DNA from: Erysipelotrichaceae bacterium MTC7 | GTDB lineage: Bacteria; Bacillota_I; Bacilli_A; Erysipelotrichales; Erysipelotrichaceae | Reading direction: 5' to 3' | DNA: 32,000 nucleotides | Assembly: GCA_001695645.1 (NCBI GenBank) | Contig: LVZN01000007.1 | Location: forward strand, 1 to 32,000 | Part shown: one piece after another, positions 15,587 to 24,067 of the stretch | Position numbering within the stretch: position 1 is the stretch's first letter | Layout: every line of letters begins with the position of its first letter | Notes under the pieces: model-generated | The model's input: the letters and a program-made list of their open reading frames with translations, nothing else | What the model was told of the DNA's origin: nothing | Databases searched by the model: none | Made by a program: the position numbers and the translations under genes

Positions 15587-16325
15587 AGTTACTTTTTTGA
15601 TAGGTATACACACAAGAATTGCAGAGACTTCGATATCGCAACAAACCTTTGAACTTGCTTGGCTCTAGGATTACATCAAGTCCATTATCCATTAACAATT
15701 GCGACAGTTCTTTTTCTTGGGTAAAGTTTGGCCCCGTCATGATACGTATCGATGACAGTAGTTCATGATTTACTGGTAAAGCAATATGTGTTGCATCTTG
15801 TATCGTTTTGAATGTTGCATGTAAACGCACTTCGCTTTCATATTCCCAAGCCACATGTTTAATGTAGCCAGTCAACATGTGATGATCATTTCTAAAATCT
15901 TTGATCTGCGTATGCAAAATTCGTTCTTGACGAGTACGAATGTTATGGTCACTTACATAGCCAATATCATGCACTTGCAGCTTTGGCAACTCTGTTGTTT
16001 TTTGATAAGAAATTTTCCCCTCTACAAATTGGACACTTTCGACTTCCTTTATATTTGCTAACCAAGCAAATAACGCTTTTCTTGGAATTTGCAGACGAAT
16101 GGCTTGGTTGTTTGGAATTCCATACAAGCCCCACATTGCCATGTTTTCTTTGATTGTTGCACTAAAACACAAGAGAAAGGTTTTCTTCCATTCTTCTGGA
16201 TTTCCTTGATACATACACTCTTCTTGGTCATTCATGCTTTCATTATCACCACGCGATAAAAACCAACGTTGACTAGAGATGATATTTTGTAATCCCTCCA
16301 GTGTTGTATAGTGTGTAAATGTCAT
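15585..16325 (-). CDS. DUF2971-like protein of unknown function.
   Basis: 246-aa ORF with RBS GGGAGAA. The N-terminus FTHYTTLEGLQNIISSQRWFLSRGDNESMNDQEE resembles the DUF2971 signature (HYTs..al..Il.s..l..s....lND..E). The assignment is from memory of the family pattern only. Confidence 0.55.
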   Translation of the reverse strand: MTFTHYTTLEGLQNIISSQRWFLSRGDNESMNDQEECMYQGNPEEWKKTFLLCFSATIKENMAMWGLYGIPNNQAIRLQIPRKALFAWLANIKEVESVQFVEGKISYQKTTELPKLQVHDIGYVSDHNIRTRQERILHTQIKDFRNDHHMLTGYIKHVAWEYESEVRLHATFKTIQDATHIALPVNHELLSSIRIMTGPNFTQEKELSQLLMDNGLDVILEPSKFKGLLRYRSLCNSCVYTYQKSN

Positions 16326-16337
16326 CCGGCGTTCTCC

Positions 16338-16406
16338 CTATTGTTCAAGAAAGGCAACCAAGGATTCCACTGATGTTACATCTTCGACTTTCATTTGCTT
16401 TTCCAT
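16338..16406 (-). CDS. Possible 22-codon acidic small ORF (MEKQMKVEDVTSVESLVAFLEQ) immediately upstream of the DUF2971 gene.
   Basis: ATG at 16406 is preceded by GGGGGA. Its TAG stop overlaps the GGGAGAA RBS of the DUF2971 gene. It lies downstream of an extended -10 promoter. Confidence 0.3.
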   Translation of the reverse strand: MEKQMKVEDVTSVESLVAFLEQ

Positions 16407-16429
16407 ATGTCCCCCATTACACTACACAT

Positions 16430-16458
16430 AGTATAACAAATATTCTACACTTTGTTAG
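16430..16458 (-). promoter_or_regulatory. Sigma-A-type promoter with an extended -10 for the small ORF and DUF2971 gene.
   Basis: On the minus strand, CTAACA (16453-16458) is followed by a 17-nt spacer and TGTTATACT (16430-16438, TGn-TATACT). Confidence 0.45.
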
Positions 16459-16991
16459 ATGGTAATGTTTGGAAGCCGTTTAAATAAGATACTAGCTACT
16501 AAACAAGAAAGCACATCCCCAGGCAGATAGACAAGAAACAAGAAGTAGAAAAGCCAACCAGCTTCAAAGACTTTGCCATAGTACACATATTGAATAAATA
16601 CAAAGTAAGATACCCCAAACAAATAAATAATTAGCATCCCTAAAGTACAAACAACGAAGTTCTTCTTCATACTTGTTTTAAGGCTTGCAAAGCGACCAAC
16701 AAAGTAAGCAGCAAAAACAAAACCAATCAAGTAGCCAAAGGATGGATAGAAAATGTAACTTGGACCGCCTCCAGTCGAAAACACAGGAAGTCCTACCAGT
16801 CCTACCAATATATATACAAGGACTGCCATTGGTGCATAGACTTTACCTAATACTAGTCCAGCAAGCACCACAAACAGTGTTTGTAAAGTGATAGGAACAA
16901 TGGATACAGGAATCTTAATAAATGCACCTACGGCAATAAGCACGCTAAATAGTGCCATATAGGTTAATTGTTTTGTTGATAATCGTTTCAT
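16455..16991 (-). CDS. bioY: Biotin transporter S-component BioY.
   Basis: The likely start is ATG at 16991 (MKRLSTKQL...) after GTGAGGA. The sequence ALFSVLIAVGAFIKIPVSIVPITLQTLFVVLAGLVLG..GLPVFSTGGGPSYIFYPSFGYLIGF is characteristic of BioY. Confidence 0.85.
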   Translation of the reverse strand: MKRLSTKQLTYMALFSVLIAVGAFIKIPVSIVPITLQTLFVVLAGLVLGKVYAPMAVLVYILVGLVGLPVFSTGGGPSYIFYPSFGYLIGFVFAAYFVGRFASLKTSMKKNFVVCTLGMLIIYLFGVSYFVFIQYVYYGKVFEAGWLFYFLFLVYLPGDVLSCLVASILFKRLPNITI

Positions 16992-17076
16992 ATAATACAT
17001 CCTCACTAGCAACTAGATTACCATTATCTTAGTTATTTGTAAATATATTTTGATAATCAAAGTAAATAAATATGTA

Positions 17077-17098
17077 AAAAGCTGACTTTCATCAGCTT
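17077..17098 (-). terminator. Rho-independent terminator after the cadherin-like protein gene.
   Basis: The minus strand reads AAAGCTGA-TGAAAG-TCAGCTTT followed by TT. Confidence 0.6.
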
Positions 17099-17107
17099 TC
17101 TGTATCT

Positions 17108-18445
17108 CTATTTCTTAAGTTTCTTTTTCATTGCAAATAATGCAACAATCGATCCGATTACCGCGATCGATAATACACCACTAACACCCATTAATACAGG
17201 TTTCAATGCATCACTTTTAGCAAGTTTTTCATATTCACTCATAGTGATTGGTGCAGCATTTGAATATGGTTGAATTGTATTTGATGATTTTTCGTATTGG
17301 AATAGTTTCATCTCTCCATTTTCATCCATTAAGTAAACAAGCACGTAGTTTTTGAATTTACTATCTTTAAAGGTCCATCCTTCAACTTCCGTATCTTCCA
17401 CTTTTACTTTTGTAAATGTGAAACCTTCCATTTCTTTCATGTCTTCAGGAATAGTAACAATTGCTAGATTTTTCCCAGCAACAGCAATTGGAATATATAC
17501 AGAAGTCAATTTGCCTGATTTTTCATCATAAATATAATATCCACGTTCATTTTTACTATTTGTCATATACAGTAACGTGACTTTTAGCTTGTTGTTGCGA
17601 ATTGCCTGAACTTCTTGGTTATTAACTTTGATTTTAATTTCTTCAAAACCATCAAGTTTCTTTGCATTATCCAATGTTAAGATTCCATATTTATCCTTAG
17701 AATCACCAAGTGGTAAGTATACTGATGGCTTTTTTTCAACTTGAAAACGAATTGTATATGCTTTTGAACCACCATCATCCGCTTTTGTTGTAACAGTGAT
17801 GTTGTTTTCACCTTCTTTAAGCGTGTGTTTTCCAGTTCCTTCAACAGTTACTGTTGCATCTGTAGCTTCTGCTTTAACTTCTACACTTGTTTTATCACTT
17901 GTCAATTTTACAATGTAAGTATCTACACTTGGATCAAATCCTGGTTCCATTGTTCCTTCTGATACAGATAATGACTTCAAAGTCACATCTTTCTTTTCAT
18001 CCTTTGGTTCCTCAGTTGTCTGATTGTTATTTGTTTGATTGTTACTGCTTCCACCTGTATTCGTTCCTGGATTGCTTGTCGGTCTATTAACCGCATTAAC
18101 AGTTACACTTTTTGATAGATTTGTATCTCCCGAACCATCTTCATTAGAAACAGGACCTGAAGCTGTAACCGTTACAGGTCCAACATTTATTGGCGTAATC
18201 GTTACACTTTTTGATGATGATGCATCAGCCCAAGGTTCATATCCTCCCACTGTTGCATTCGTCGCAGAAACAGAAAAGGTTGCTGCAGTATCTGTTGAGA
18301 TAGTTACTGTAAAACTTTCTCCAACATATACTTGCCCAGTACTGGCACTTATGTTCAACCATTGAAAGTTTGCAATTGGTGGCTTTCCAAAAAATGAAGA
18401 AATTGCAAATGCAATGGGTATTACTTTTAAAAATATTCTATTCAT
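17108..18445 (-). CDS. Surface protein with an N-terminal Ig-like region, an N/T-rich linker, a cadherin-like beta-sandwich domain, an unassigned C-terminal domain and a TM anchor.
   Basis: It has a signal peptide. LKSLSVSEGTMEPGFDPSVDTYIVKL..TVEGTG..LKEGENNITVTTKADDGGSKAYTIRF matches the clostridial cadherin-like beta-sandwich pattern. The C-terminus is hydrophobic followed by MKKKLKK. AAGGAGAGAAT precedes the ATG, 11 nt after the upstream stop. Confidence 0.75.
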   Translation of the reverse strand: MNRIFLKVIPIAFAISSFFGKPPIANFQWLNISASTGQVYVGESFTVTISTDTAATFSVSATNATVGGYEPWADASSSKSVTITPINVGPVTVTASGPVSNEDGSGDTNLSKSVTVNAVNRPTSNPGTNTGGSSNNQTNNNQTTEEPKDEKKDVTLKSLSVSEGTMEPGFDPSVDTYIVKLTSDKTSVEVKAEATDATVTVEGTGKHTLKEGENNITVTTKADDGGSKAYTIRFQVEKKPSVYLPLGDSKDKYGILTLDNAKKLDGFEEIKIKVNNQEVQAIRNNKLKVTLLYMTNSKNERGYYIYDEKSGKLTSVYIPIAVAGKNLAIVTIPEDMKEMEGFTFTKVKVEDTEVEGWTFKDSKFKNYVLVYLMDENGEMKLFQYEKSSNTIQPYSNAAPITMSEYEKLAKSDALKPVLMGVSGVLSIAVIGSIVALFAMKKKLKK

Positions 18446-18456
18446 ATTCTCTCCTT

Positions 18457-20079
18457 TTATTTCCCTAAAATAATATTTTTTACACTCATGAAATCTGCAG
18501 GAGAGACTTTACCATCTCCATTTACATCTGCTTGTTTCAGTTTATCTCCAGTTAAAACATATTTATTAATTATATGATTTTTCACACTCATATAATCAGA
18601 TGGAGAAACTTTACCATCTAGATTCACATCACCCTTTTTGTATGTTGGAACAACAATTCCGCCTCCGGTACTTACTTTGCTTATATAATCGGCGTGAATA
18701 AAAGCATAATCACGAGATGATGTATATTCAGGAGAATTTGCTAATGAAGTACGAGCAGAATTTAGCGGATAATCAGCAGCTATTTTATACCACGAACCGG
18801 ATGTTCCTATAATAATTACAGGGAAATTCACTGTATTTTTTGTATTATATAAAACTGTTGAAGAAGTAGTTGCTTGATTTCTAACATTGACCACATCAGT
18901 GCTATTCTTTACACCTAAGGCATATCTAGAATCTTCTTTAACGTGTGGATATGTATTAGCAATTGACCATGCATGGTTTGCTGCTTTCTCACCCCAATAC
19001 GGATCAGAAGCATACTTCACATTCATACCACTTTGTTTGTCACCCAAGTGCGCTCCAAAATTACGCCAATCTCTAGGATTCGCATAACCACTAACATAAC
19101 TTTTCGCATGTTGATTCACACAGTCTAGGATTGATGCATAGGATGCAGCTTGATTTGGATCGCTGTCATAAGCAGCATGTCCAAACAAGTTATTTCTTGT
19201 TTTTGCATAATTACTTGTTCCCCAAGCACTTTCGTTGATTGCAACACCAAACATCAACAAGGCATTTGTTCCATAAGTGTTTTGGGCTTTAATAAATGCT
19301 GCCCCTTGATTTTTTAATGCAGAAGCAGTGTTACCCAATTGTGCATTCGTGAATGCATTAAAAGCAGCATCGTTAATTCCTGTCGTACTTCTATGACTTA
19401 AGAACTGAAAATAATTGTAATAAGGTTTTCCATTGTTAATTGAATTATTGTAGTTTCCTGCACGATAGTCCGTTAACATCTTTTGGTAATCTGTCCAAAA
19501 GTAGTGACCATCATAGCTATAGTATTTCACGCCTTCTTGCATATTTGAAACACCACCACCAACTTTATTGGCATAGGTTACATTTTCTGCCATAAGATTG
19601 AGTGATGTATAGTGATATAAAATTCCTTTTTCCTTACGGTAAAAACTTGTCGATTTTACAGACGTAAGCGGCATTACTTGCACATATTTTTTATTGACAC
19701 GAATTTTCGCCCCAGACATTACAGCAATAACGTCATCACCTTCGTATTTTACAAAGGCAGCATCCTCAATATAGTAAGCACTTAGGTAGCCAGCTACTCC
19801 TGTATAATAATCTGTAAACGGTGTCGTGTCCGCGGTATATGTAAAGCGCACTAAGTCTAGTGATCCCGCCGTAGCTCCTGCGTTTTCTAATAACGGTGAA
19901 ACTTTTGTTGTTGGCTTAGCACAAACGACATTACCATCACGGTCAATAAATGTTAAACACTCTTCTTCTGCAATGTTTTCTTTCAACTTTGCTTCGTCTT
20001 TTATCACGTACATGAACGACAAACAAAGCAAACTGAATACAAATCCAAGCGTTGTAATTTTCTTTAAAACATCTTTCAT
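18457..20079 (-). CDS. Cell-wall hydrolase: GH73 N-acetylglucosaminidase, an SH3-like domain and a C-terminal two-repeat dockerin.
   Basis: The likely start is ATG at 20079 (MKDVLKK...) after GAGGGAG. The GH73 core reads FIKAQNTYGTNALLMFGVAINESAWGTSNYAKTRNNLFG. The SH3-like segment reads VNVRNQATTSSTVLYN..GSWYKI. The dockerin EF-hand pair reads GDVNLDGKVSPSDYMSVKNHII and ADVNGDGKVSPADFMSVKNIILGK. Confidence 0.85.
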   Translation of the reverse strand: MKDVLKKITTLGFVFSLLCLSFMYVIKDEAKLKENIAEEECLTFIDRDGNVVCAKPTTKVSPLLENAGATAGSLDLVRFTYTADTTPFTDYYTGVAGYLSAYYIEDAAFVKYEGDDVIAVMSGAKIRVNKKYVQVMPLTSVKSTSFYRKEKGILYHYTSLNLMAENVTYANKVGGGVSNMQEGVKYYSYDGHYFWTDYQKMLTDYRAGNYNNSINNGKPYYNYFQFLSHRSTTGINDAAFNAFTNAQLGNTASALKNQGAAFIKAQNTYGTNALLMFGVAINESAWGTSNYAKTRNNLFGHAAYDSDPNQAASYASILDCVNQHAKSYVSGYANPRDWRNFGAHLGDKQSGMNVKYASDPYWGEKAANHAWSIANTYPHVKEDSRYALGVKNSTDVVNVRNQATTSSTVLYNTKNTVNFPVIIIGTSGSWYKIAADYPLNSARTSLANSPEYTSSRDYAFIHADYISKVSTGGGIVVPTYKKGDVNLDGKVSPSDYMSVKNHIINKYVLTGDKLKQADVNGDGKVSPADFMSVKNIILGK

Positions 20080-20102
20080 TACTACTCCCTCGCTTCCCTG
20101 CA

Positions 20103-20111
20103 ATTATACCA
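20103..20111 (-). promoter_or_regulatory. Extended -10 promoter (TGGTATAAT) for the autolysin and cadherin-like gene pair.
   Basis: The minus strand reads GAGTTTTTTTTGGTATAATTGCAGG. The -35 is poor (TATTAA). The position excludes the track's TTG start at 20103. Confidence 0.5.
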
Positions 20112-20256
20112 AAAAAAACTCTTTATTAATATTAATTCAATATAATTAATTATCACTAATGAGAACAACTATTGTCCATGTAGCACTATATAAGAAATGT
20201 TGCTCTTACCACATGCTAATTCATCTAACCATCCGACAAACTCCAACAGCCTCGTT

Positions 20257-20631
20257 TTACGCTATCAGTACAACAAGCGAAAAAATCAAAATAATATACA
20301 TGAAAACTTTCTTGTGTCGTTTAACAAAATCAACTCTTCTTTCATGCTGAATTCTCTTCTTCATTCTTTCACAATCAGCTTGTATTTTCAAACAAACTCC
20401 GATGGTATCAATTAGTCTTCGATCAAAATCGTAGTCAATATCTTCCAAGAAGTCATCTTCATCAACAGCAAAATAATCAGCGATTTCATATATTTTAGAA
20501 TCCTGATTTAACTCTAACCCATACTCTTCCATGCAAATAAGTTCGCCCACACTAATTTGTACCACATCTGCAAGTTCAGAAATTGTTAGATTTCTGTCTT
20601 CCCTATATTTCTTGAAATTTTTTCCATCCAT
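20257..20631 (-). CDS. XRE-family HTH protein with a C-terminal TM helix.
   Basis: RBS GAGGAG. The HTH reads FKKYREDRNLTISELADVVQISVGELICMEEYG. The C-terminus is KRHKKVFMYIILIFSLVVLIA. Confidence 0.75.
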   Translation of the reverse strand: MDGKNFKKYREDRNLTISELADVVQISVGELICMEEYGLELNQDSKIYEIADYFAVDEDDFLEDIDYDFDRRLIDTIGVCLKIQADCERMKKRIQHERRVDFVKRHKKVFMYIILIFSLVVLIA

Positions 20632-20661
20632 AAACTCCTCACAACATAAACAACCATATTA

Positions 20662-20670
20662 ATTATAACA
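20662..20670 (-). promoter_or_regulatory. Extended -10 (TGTTATAAT) promoter for the XRE-TM gene.
   Basis: The minus strand reads TTTTTTTGTTATAATTAAT, ~30 nt upstream of the ATG at 20631. Confidence 0.45.
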
Positions 20671-20674
20671 AAAA

Positions 20675-20703
20675 AACGCGTAATTTCCCCACTTTTGCGC
20701 GTT
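20675..20703 (-). terminator. Weak terminator-like hairpin ending the polysaccharide operon.
   Basis: On the minus strand, AACGCG-(17 nt)-CGCGTT is followed by a T-run (6 further T, 8 counting the two stem Ts). The stem is short and the loop large. Confidence 0.35.
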
Positions 20704-20767
20704 AATGTTTTATATATTTATTTTTTTTGTACAATCAGCTTTTAGGCAAAATGTCTTATGTCTTTAA

Positions 20768-21883
20768 TCACTCATTACGATAGAGTTCTTCTAGCTGTTT
20801 CAGTGTTTCTATACCATAATTTTGAGGCATTGAAATCATGTAACAGTCCTTCCCAAGTTTGTCTCCATTAATAAAATCTTTATTTGTAACCTCTTGATAC
20901 CAATTTAATACCATATCAATATTAGGGGTGCTTACTTTTGTTAATAATGCAAATGCCTTAACAATCACAAGTCCATATGGAAAATCCGCTGTAAAATAAC
21001 GCGAGTCAAAATCTGGATACAGCAAACCATCTTTCTCAATCGATGGAGTCTTTAATCCCCTAAAACTTTCAATACTATTGATTTTTTCTGTTAATGTCTT
21101 ATAATCTGAGGATTCGTAATGATTCAATAACGAATTCACATAGCTAGTATCTAACCCACGGATTTCTTTGCATATATTTTGCAATTCCAAATCACATGCA
21201 ATCAAAAGTTTTGAACTTTCGTCATCCCAGTTTTCATAAAATAAAGGTAATTCTTTGTAACCTTGTCCCACAAAATCTTTGAATAACACAAACAATCTTG
21301 TTGTATGTAAAATAGGATTAGATGGTGTCAATGTGACGTTGATGTAATTAGGCAACGGAGTTGTATCGATATCAAATAGGTTTGAAAACAAGCTTGCCAT
21401 CTCCACGGTTTTCGAACTTGGTATAGCAGCAATATACATATGCTTCCTTTTTCCCACAGTTATTACGCTATGACCATATTCTTTTAATCGAGCTACCGAA
21501 CATACACGCTGTGTTCCAAAAACTGTAAATCCTTTTTGTACCAATTCTTGCGTATAGAACTCAATACCTCCTAAACCCGGATAAAAACATAGCATACACG
21601 GCTTGATATTTAAACAAGATAACTCCTTAACAAATTTTTGATTTGCGTATGCAGGCAATGTTGTAAAGATTAACTATGCATTACACACTGCTTCATATAA
21701 GTCTGATGTAATATTTTTAAGCGTTGTTGTAATACTTTTGTTTGTATCATGATCAATAACTTTAATTGTTTTTGACCAACGAGATGTGTCACGAGTAAAC
21801 ATTGTAACTTCGTGATTATTTGCACTACATTGACCTGCAACTAACGTTCCAATATTTCCTCCCCCAACTACTGTTATCCGCAT
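20768..21883 (-). pseudogene. NAD(P)-dependent opine (octopine/nopaline) dehydrogenase-family gene interrupted by a single in-frame TAG.
   Basis: ORFs 21674..21883 (Rossmann N-terminus MRITVVGGGNIGTLVAG) and 20768..21658 are in the same frame (21883-21658=225). The reading across the junction is ..EAVCNA-TAG(21674-21676)-LIFTTLPAYANQKF... The track 'start' of the second ORF is a TTG with no SD. Confidence 0.7.
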
Positions 21884-21925
21884 ATAAGCTTGGCCTCCTT
21901 TTCACCCTTTTTAATTATTTTTAGT

Positions 21926-22801
21926 TTAGTCTATTATAACTATATCACCGTCTCCAAAATCTATTAGATTAGGCGCATGATTAATTCTATCTTTTTCTTC
22001 TGGTAGTTTCATATAATCACCATACATTCTCTTAAGTTGAACATCATATGCATTTGGCATACTGACTACAGTATCTTCAAACGCCAACTGCTTTACAGGA
22101 AAAAACTCATCCTCCAACAAGTAACTTTTATCTGGTATCGCACTTTGATAACAAACCAATCGTTTCGAATGTGCTATATCATTGTATTTTCGGCTTATTT
22201 TATCTGCTTTATCATATATCTTTGTCCCCGACACTCTAAAAAGTTTTAAAATATAGTGCGTAATGAAACAAACACTTTGTGCGATATATTTCTTCCACCC
22301 TTTCATGGGAATGATAGGCTTGCTGTGACCGACCAAAAAAAGCAAACGATATAAAAATCTAGTTTGTCTAACTTGTCTTTTATATTGCTTTTCGTCATTT
22401 GGTGCATAGTCAAATGGAAATATATCAATATCTATGGTCATTTCCGTCTTTAAATCCTTAGATACTTCAGAAATAAAACGAGTTCCATTTTTTTGAAAGT
22501 GGGTGACACTTGCAGTATAATTCGAATCTACATAAGGAGTAAGTATACGATACTTGCTACCTACTTCATTTTCATACACTTCCATAAATTTATCATAGTC
22601 ACTTCTTGACATGGCAACGTCCACATCGTCATCCCAGGGAATGAATCCATTATGCCTTACCACCCCTATTGCAGATCCAGCATACATAAAATATGTTAAA
22701 TCATATTTGTCACAAATTCTTATAAAATCTTTCAATATTTCTAATTGTGCTAGTTGTAGTTTTCTTAGCACCTTTTCATCATATTGTTTATAGTTTCTCA
22801 T
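21926..22801 (-). CDS. licD: LicD-family phosphotransferase (phospho-alcohol transferase).
   Basis: YFMYAGSAIGVVRHNGFIPWDDDVDVAMSRSDYDKF is the LicD signature. The likely start is ATG at 22801 after GGAGAG, 1 nt past the flippase stop. Confidence 0.8.
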   Translation of the reverse strand: MRNYKQYDEKVLRKLQLAQLEILKDFIRICDKYDLTYFMYAGSAIGVVRHNGFIPWDDDVDVAMSRSDYDKFMEVYENEVGSKYRILTPYVDSNYTASVTHFQKNGTRFISEVSKDLKTEMTIDIDIFPFDYAPNDEKQYKRQVRQTRFLYRLLFLVGHSKPIIPMKGWKKYIAQSVCFITHYILKLFRVSGTKIYDKADKISRKYNDIAHSKRLVCYQSAIPDKSYLLEDEFFPVKQLAFEDTVVSMPNAYDVQLKRMYGDYMKLPEEKDRINHAPNLIDFGDGDIVIID

Positions 22802-22802
22802 A

Positions 22803-24059
22803 TTACTCTCCAACCTCTAGTTTCTGACTATGCTTTTGTTGCTTAATAAAAAACACAATAATTGCATATGACAATACATTGACAACCAACAGCATAATAA
22901 TTAAGACATAGCTTACCCCATACATACCAAATTCAGAAATGATTGGTCTTGATGCAAGTAAAGCTACAATTACTCCAATCACATTAACAACTAATAATGA
23001 TTTTAACTTTCTACAAATGATAATAATGTTATTTGTAAATGCAACAAATGCATTCAAACACGTCGCAATCAAAACAGGAATTAACAAGTCAGTGTACGAA
23101 GCAATTTTTTGTCCATAAAGAAGCGTTAACCCCCACGATCCAACAAACATTGCAACTATTATCGCAAAAATTGACAATACTGCGATAATTAAGCTTGTTT
23201 TCATCACTGTATTTGAAAAATTCTTCAATCTTCTTTCATATAATTGATTTGTAAATAACGTAAGAAGTGGATTAAAAACATATGATGCTGCTACTTGAAC
23301 GATTACAGTTGGTGTAGCAACCGTTGCGTAAATACCAAGTGCCTCTGTGCCTTTAATTACTTCTAAAACTTGCCTAGGATATATTAAAGCAAACGCTAAT
23401 AGAAATTGAGAAACAGCAAGTGGGTACAATTTCTTTAGCATAACGAAGACAACTTTAAAATCAAATGACGGCTTAAGTCTTTCTAACATTCTCACTTGAG
23501 GATAATCATATATAAACATGAAAACTAAACTTACAGCCACCATAGAAACAATCGCAATGGAAACCGAGTCACTTAACTTTAAAAAGAAAGCAAATGAACC
23601 CAAACATAGAAAACCCCTAATTAACATCGATTTTCCAGCAATATCCATTCTTGATTGTCTTTGTCCAAATGCGCTTAACAAATCAAATGTAGCCTCAACA
23701 ACTTTAAACATCATGTAAACAAAAATACAAATGTATTGTTCCAGAGTATAATCAAAAAATAAAGAATAACTCATACATAAAAGTAATGCAACTGTACATG
23801 TCAAAATACGTAAAAATACATAGTCTCCTGATTTATATTCACCATTTTTATCTGATACTAAATATGGGCGAATATTAAAAACTGCAACCGAATAAAATAT
23901 GTTTGTGACAGACATTGCTAGTGCTAAATTTCCTGAATTATTGAAATCATTTGATAAACGAAGCACAATAACAGATAGTAACCACTGACAAAATAAGTAG
24001 ATAAATGAGCCAACTGAATTCCACATAAAATTTGAAAAGAAACTTCTTTGTTTATCCAT
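22803..24059 (-). CDS. Wzx-like polysaccharide flippase (MOP superfamily).
   Basis: 418-aa protein that is hydrophobic throughout, with roughly 12 TM segments by eye. It lies within a glycan locus and has RBS AAGGAG. Confidence 0.7.
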   Translation of the reverse strand: MDKQRSFFSNFMWNSVGSFIYLFCQWLLSVIVLRLSNDFNNSGNLALAMSVTNIFYSVAVFNIRPYLVSDKNGEYKSGDYVFLRILTCTVALLLCMSYSLFFDYTLEQYICIFVYMMFKVVEATFDLLSAFGQRQSRMDIAGKSMLIRGFLCLGSFAFFLKLSDSVSIAIVSMVAVSLVFMFIYDYPQVRMLERLKPSFDFKVVFVMLKKLYPLAVSQFLLAFALIYPRQVLEVIKGTEALGIYATVATPTVIVQVAASYVFNPLLTLFTNQLYERRLKNFSNTVMKTSLIIAVLSIFAIIVAMFVGSWGLTLLYGQKIASYTDLLIPVLIATCLNAFVAFTNNIIIICRKLKSLLVVNVIGVIVALLASRPIISEFGMYGVSYVLIIMLLVVNVLSYAIIVFFIKQQKHSQKLEVGE

Positions 24060-24067
24060 ATTACTCC

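Noticed and set aside
15530-15652. 40-codon plus-strand ORF (MDKTIRNLNKKDHKFYCDL...) downstream of element copy B.
   Set aside because: It has no SD. Its ATG is 2 nt after a TATAAT, which is the wrong geometry for a leaderless start. It overlaps the terminator and 3' end of the DUF2971 gene in antisense.
17013-17076. Palindrome TTGATTATCAA upstream of bioY as a BirA operator.
   Set aside because: It does not resemble the longer BirA-type inverted repeat that I recall for Firmicutes bio operators. The sequence is short and AT-rich, which is insufficient evidence.
18233-18239. A third TGAACCT heptamer (minus strand) as another ECF-type promoter.
   Set aside because: It lies inside a CDS (encoding YEPW) with no appropriately spaced CGxC. 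It is recorded because it shows that the heptamer alone occurs by chance at this window size.
21674-21676. The in-frame TAG interpreted as a pyrrolysine codon.
   Set aside because: There are no pyl genes or methylamine methyltransferase context in the window, and the enzyme family is not known to use Pyl. A nonsense mutation or sequencing error is far more likely.
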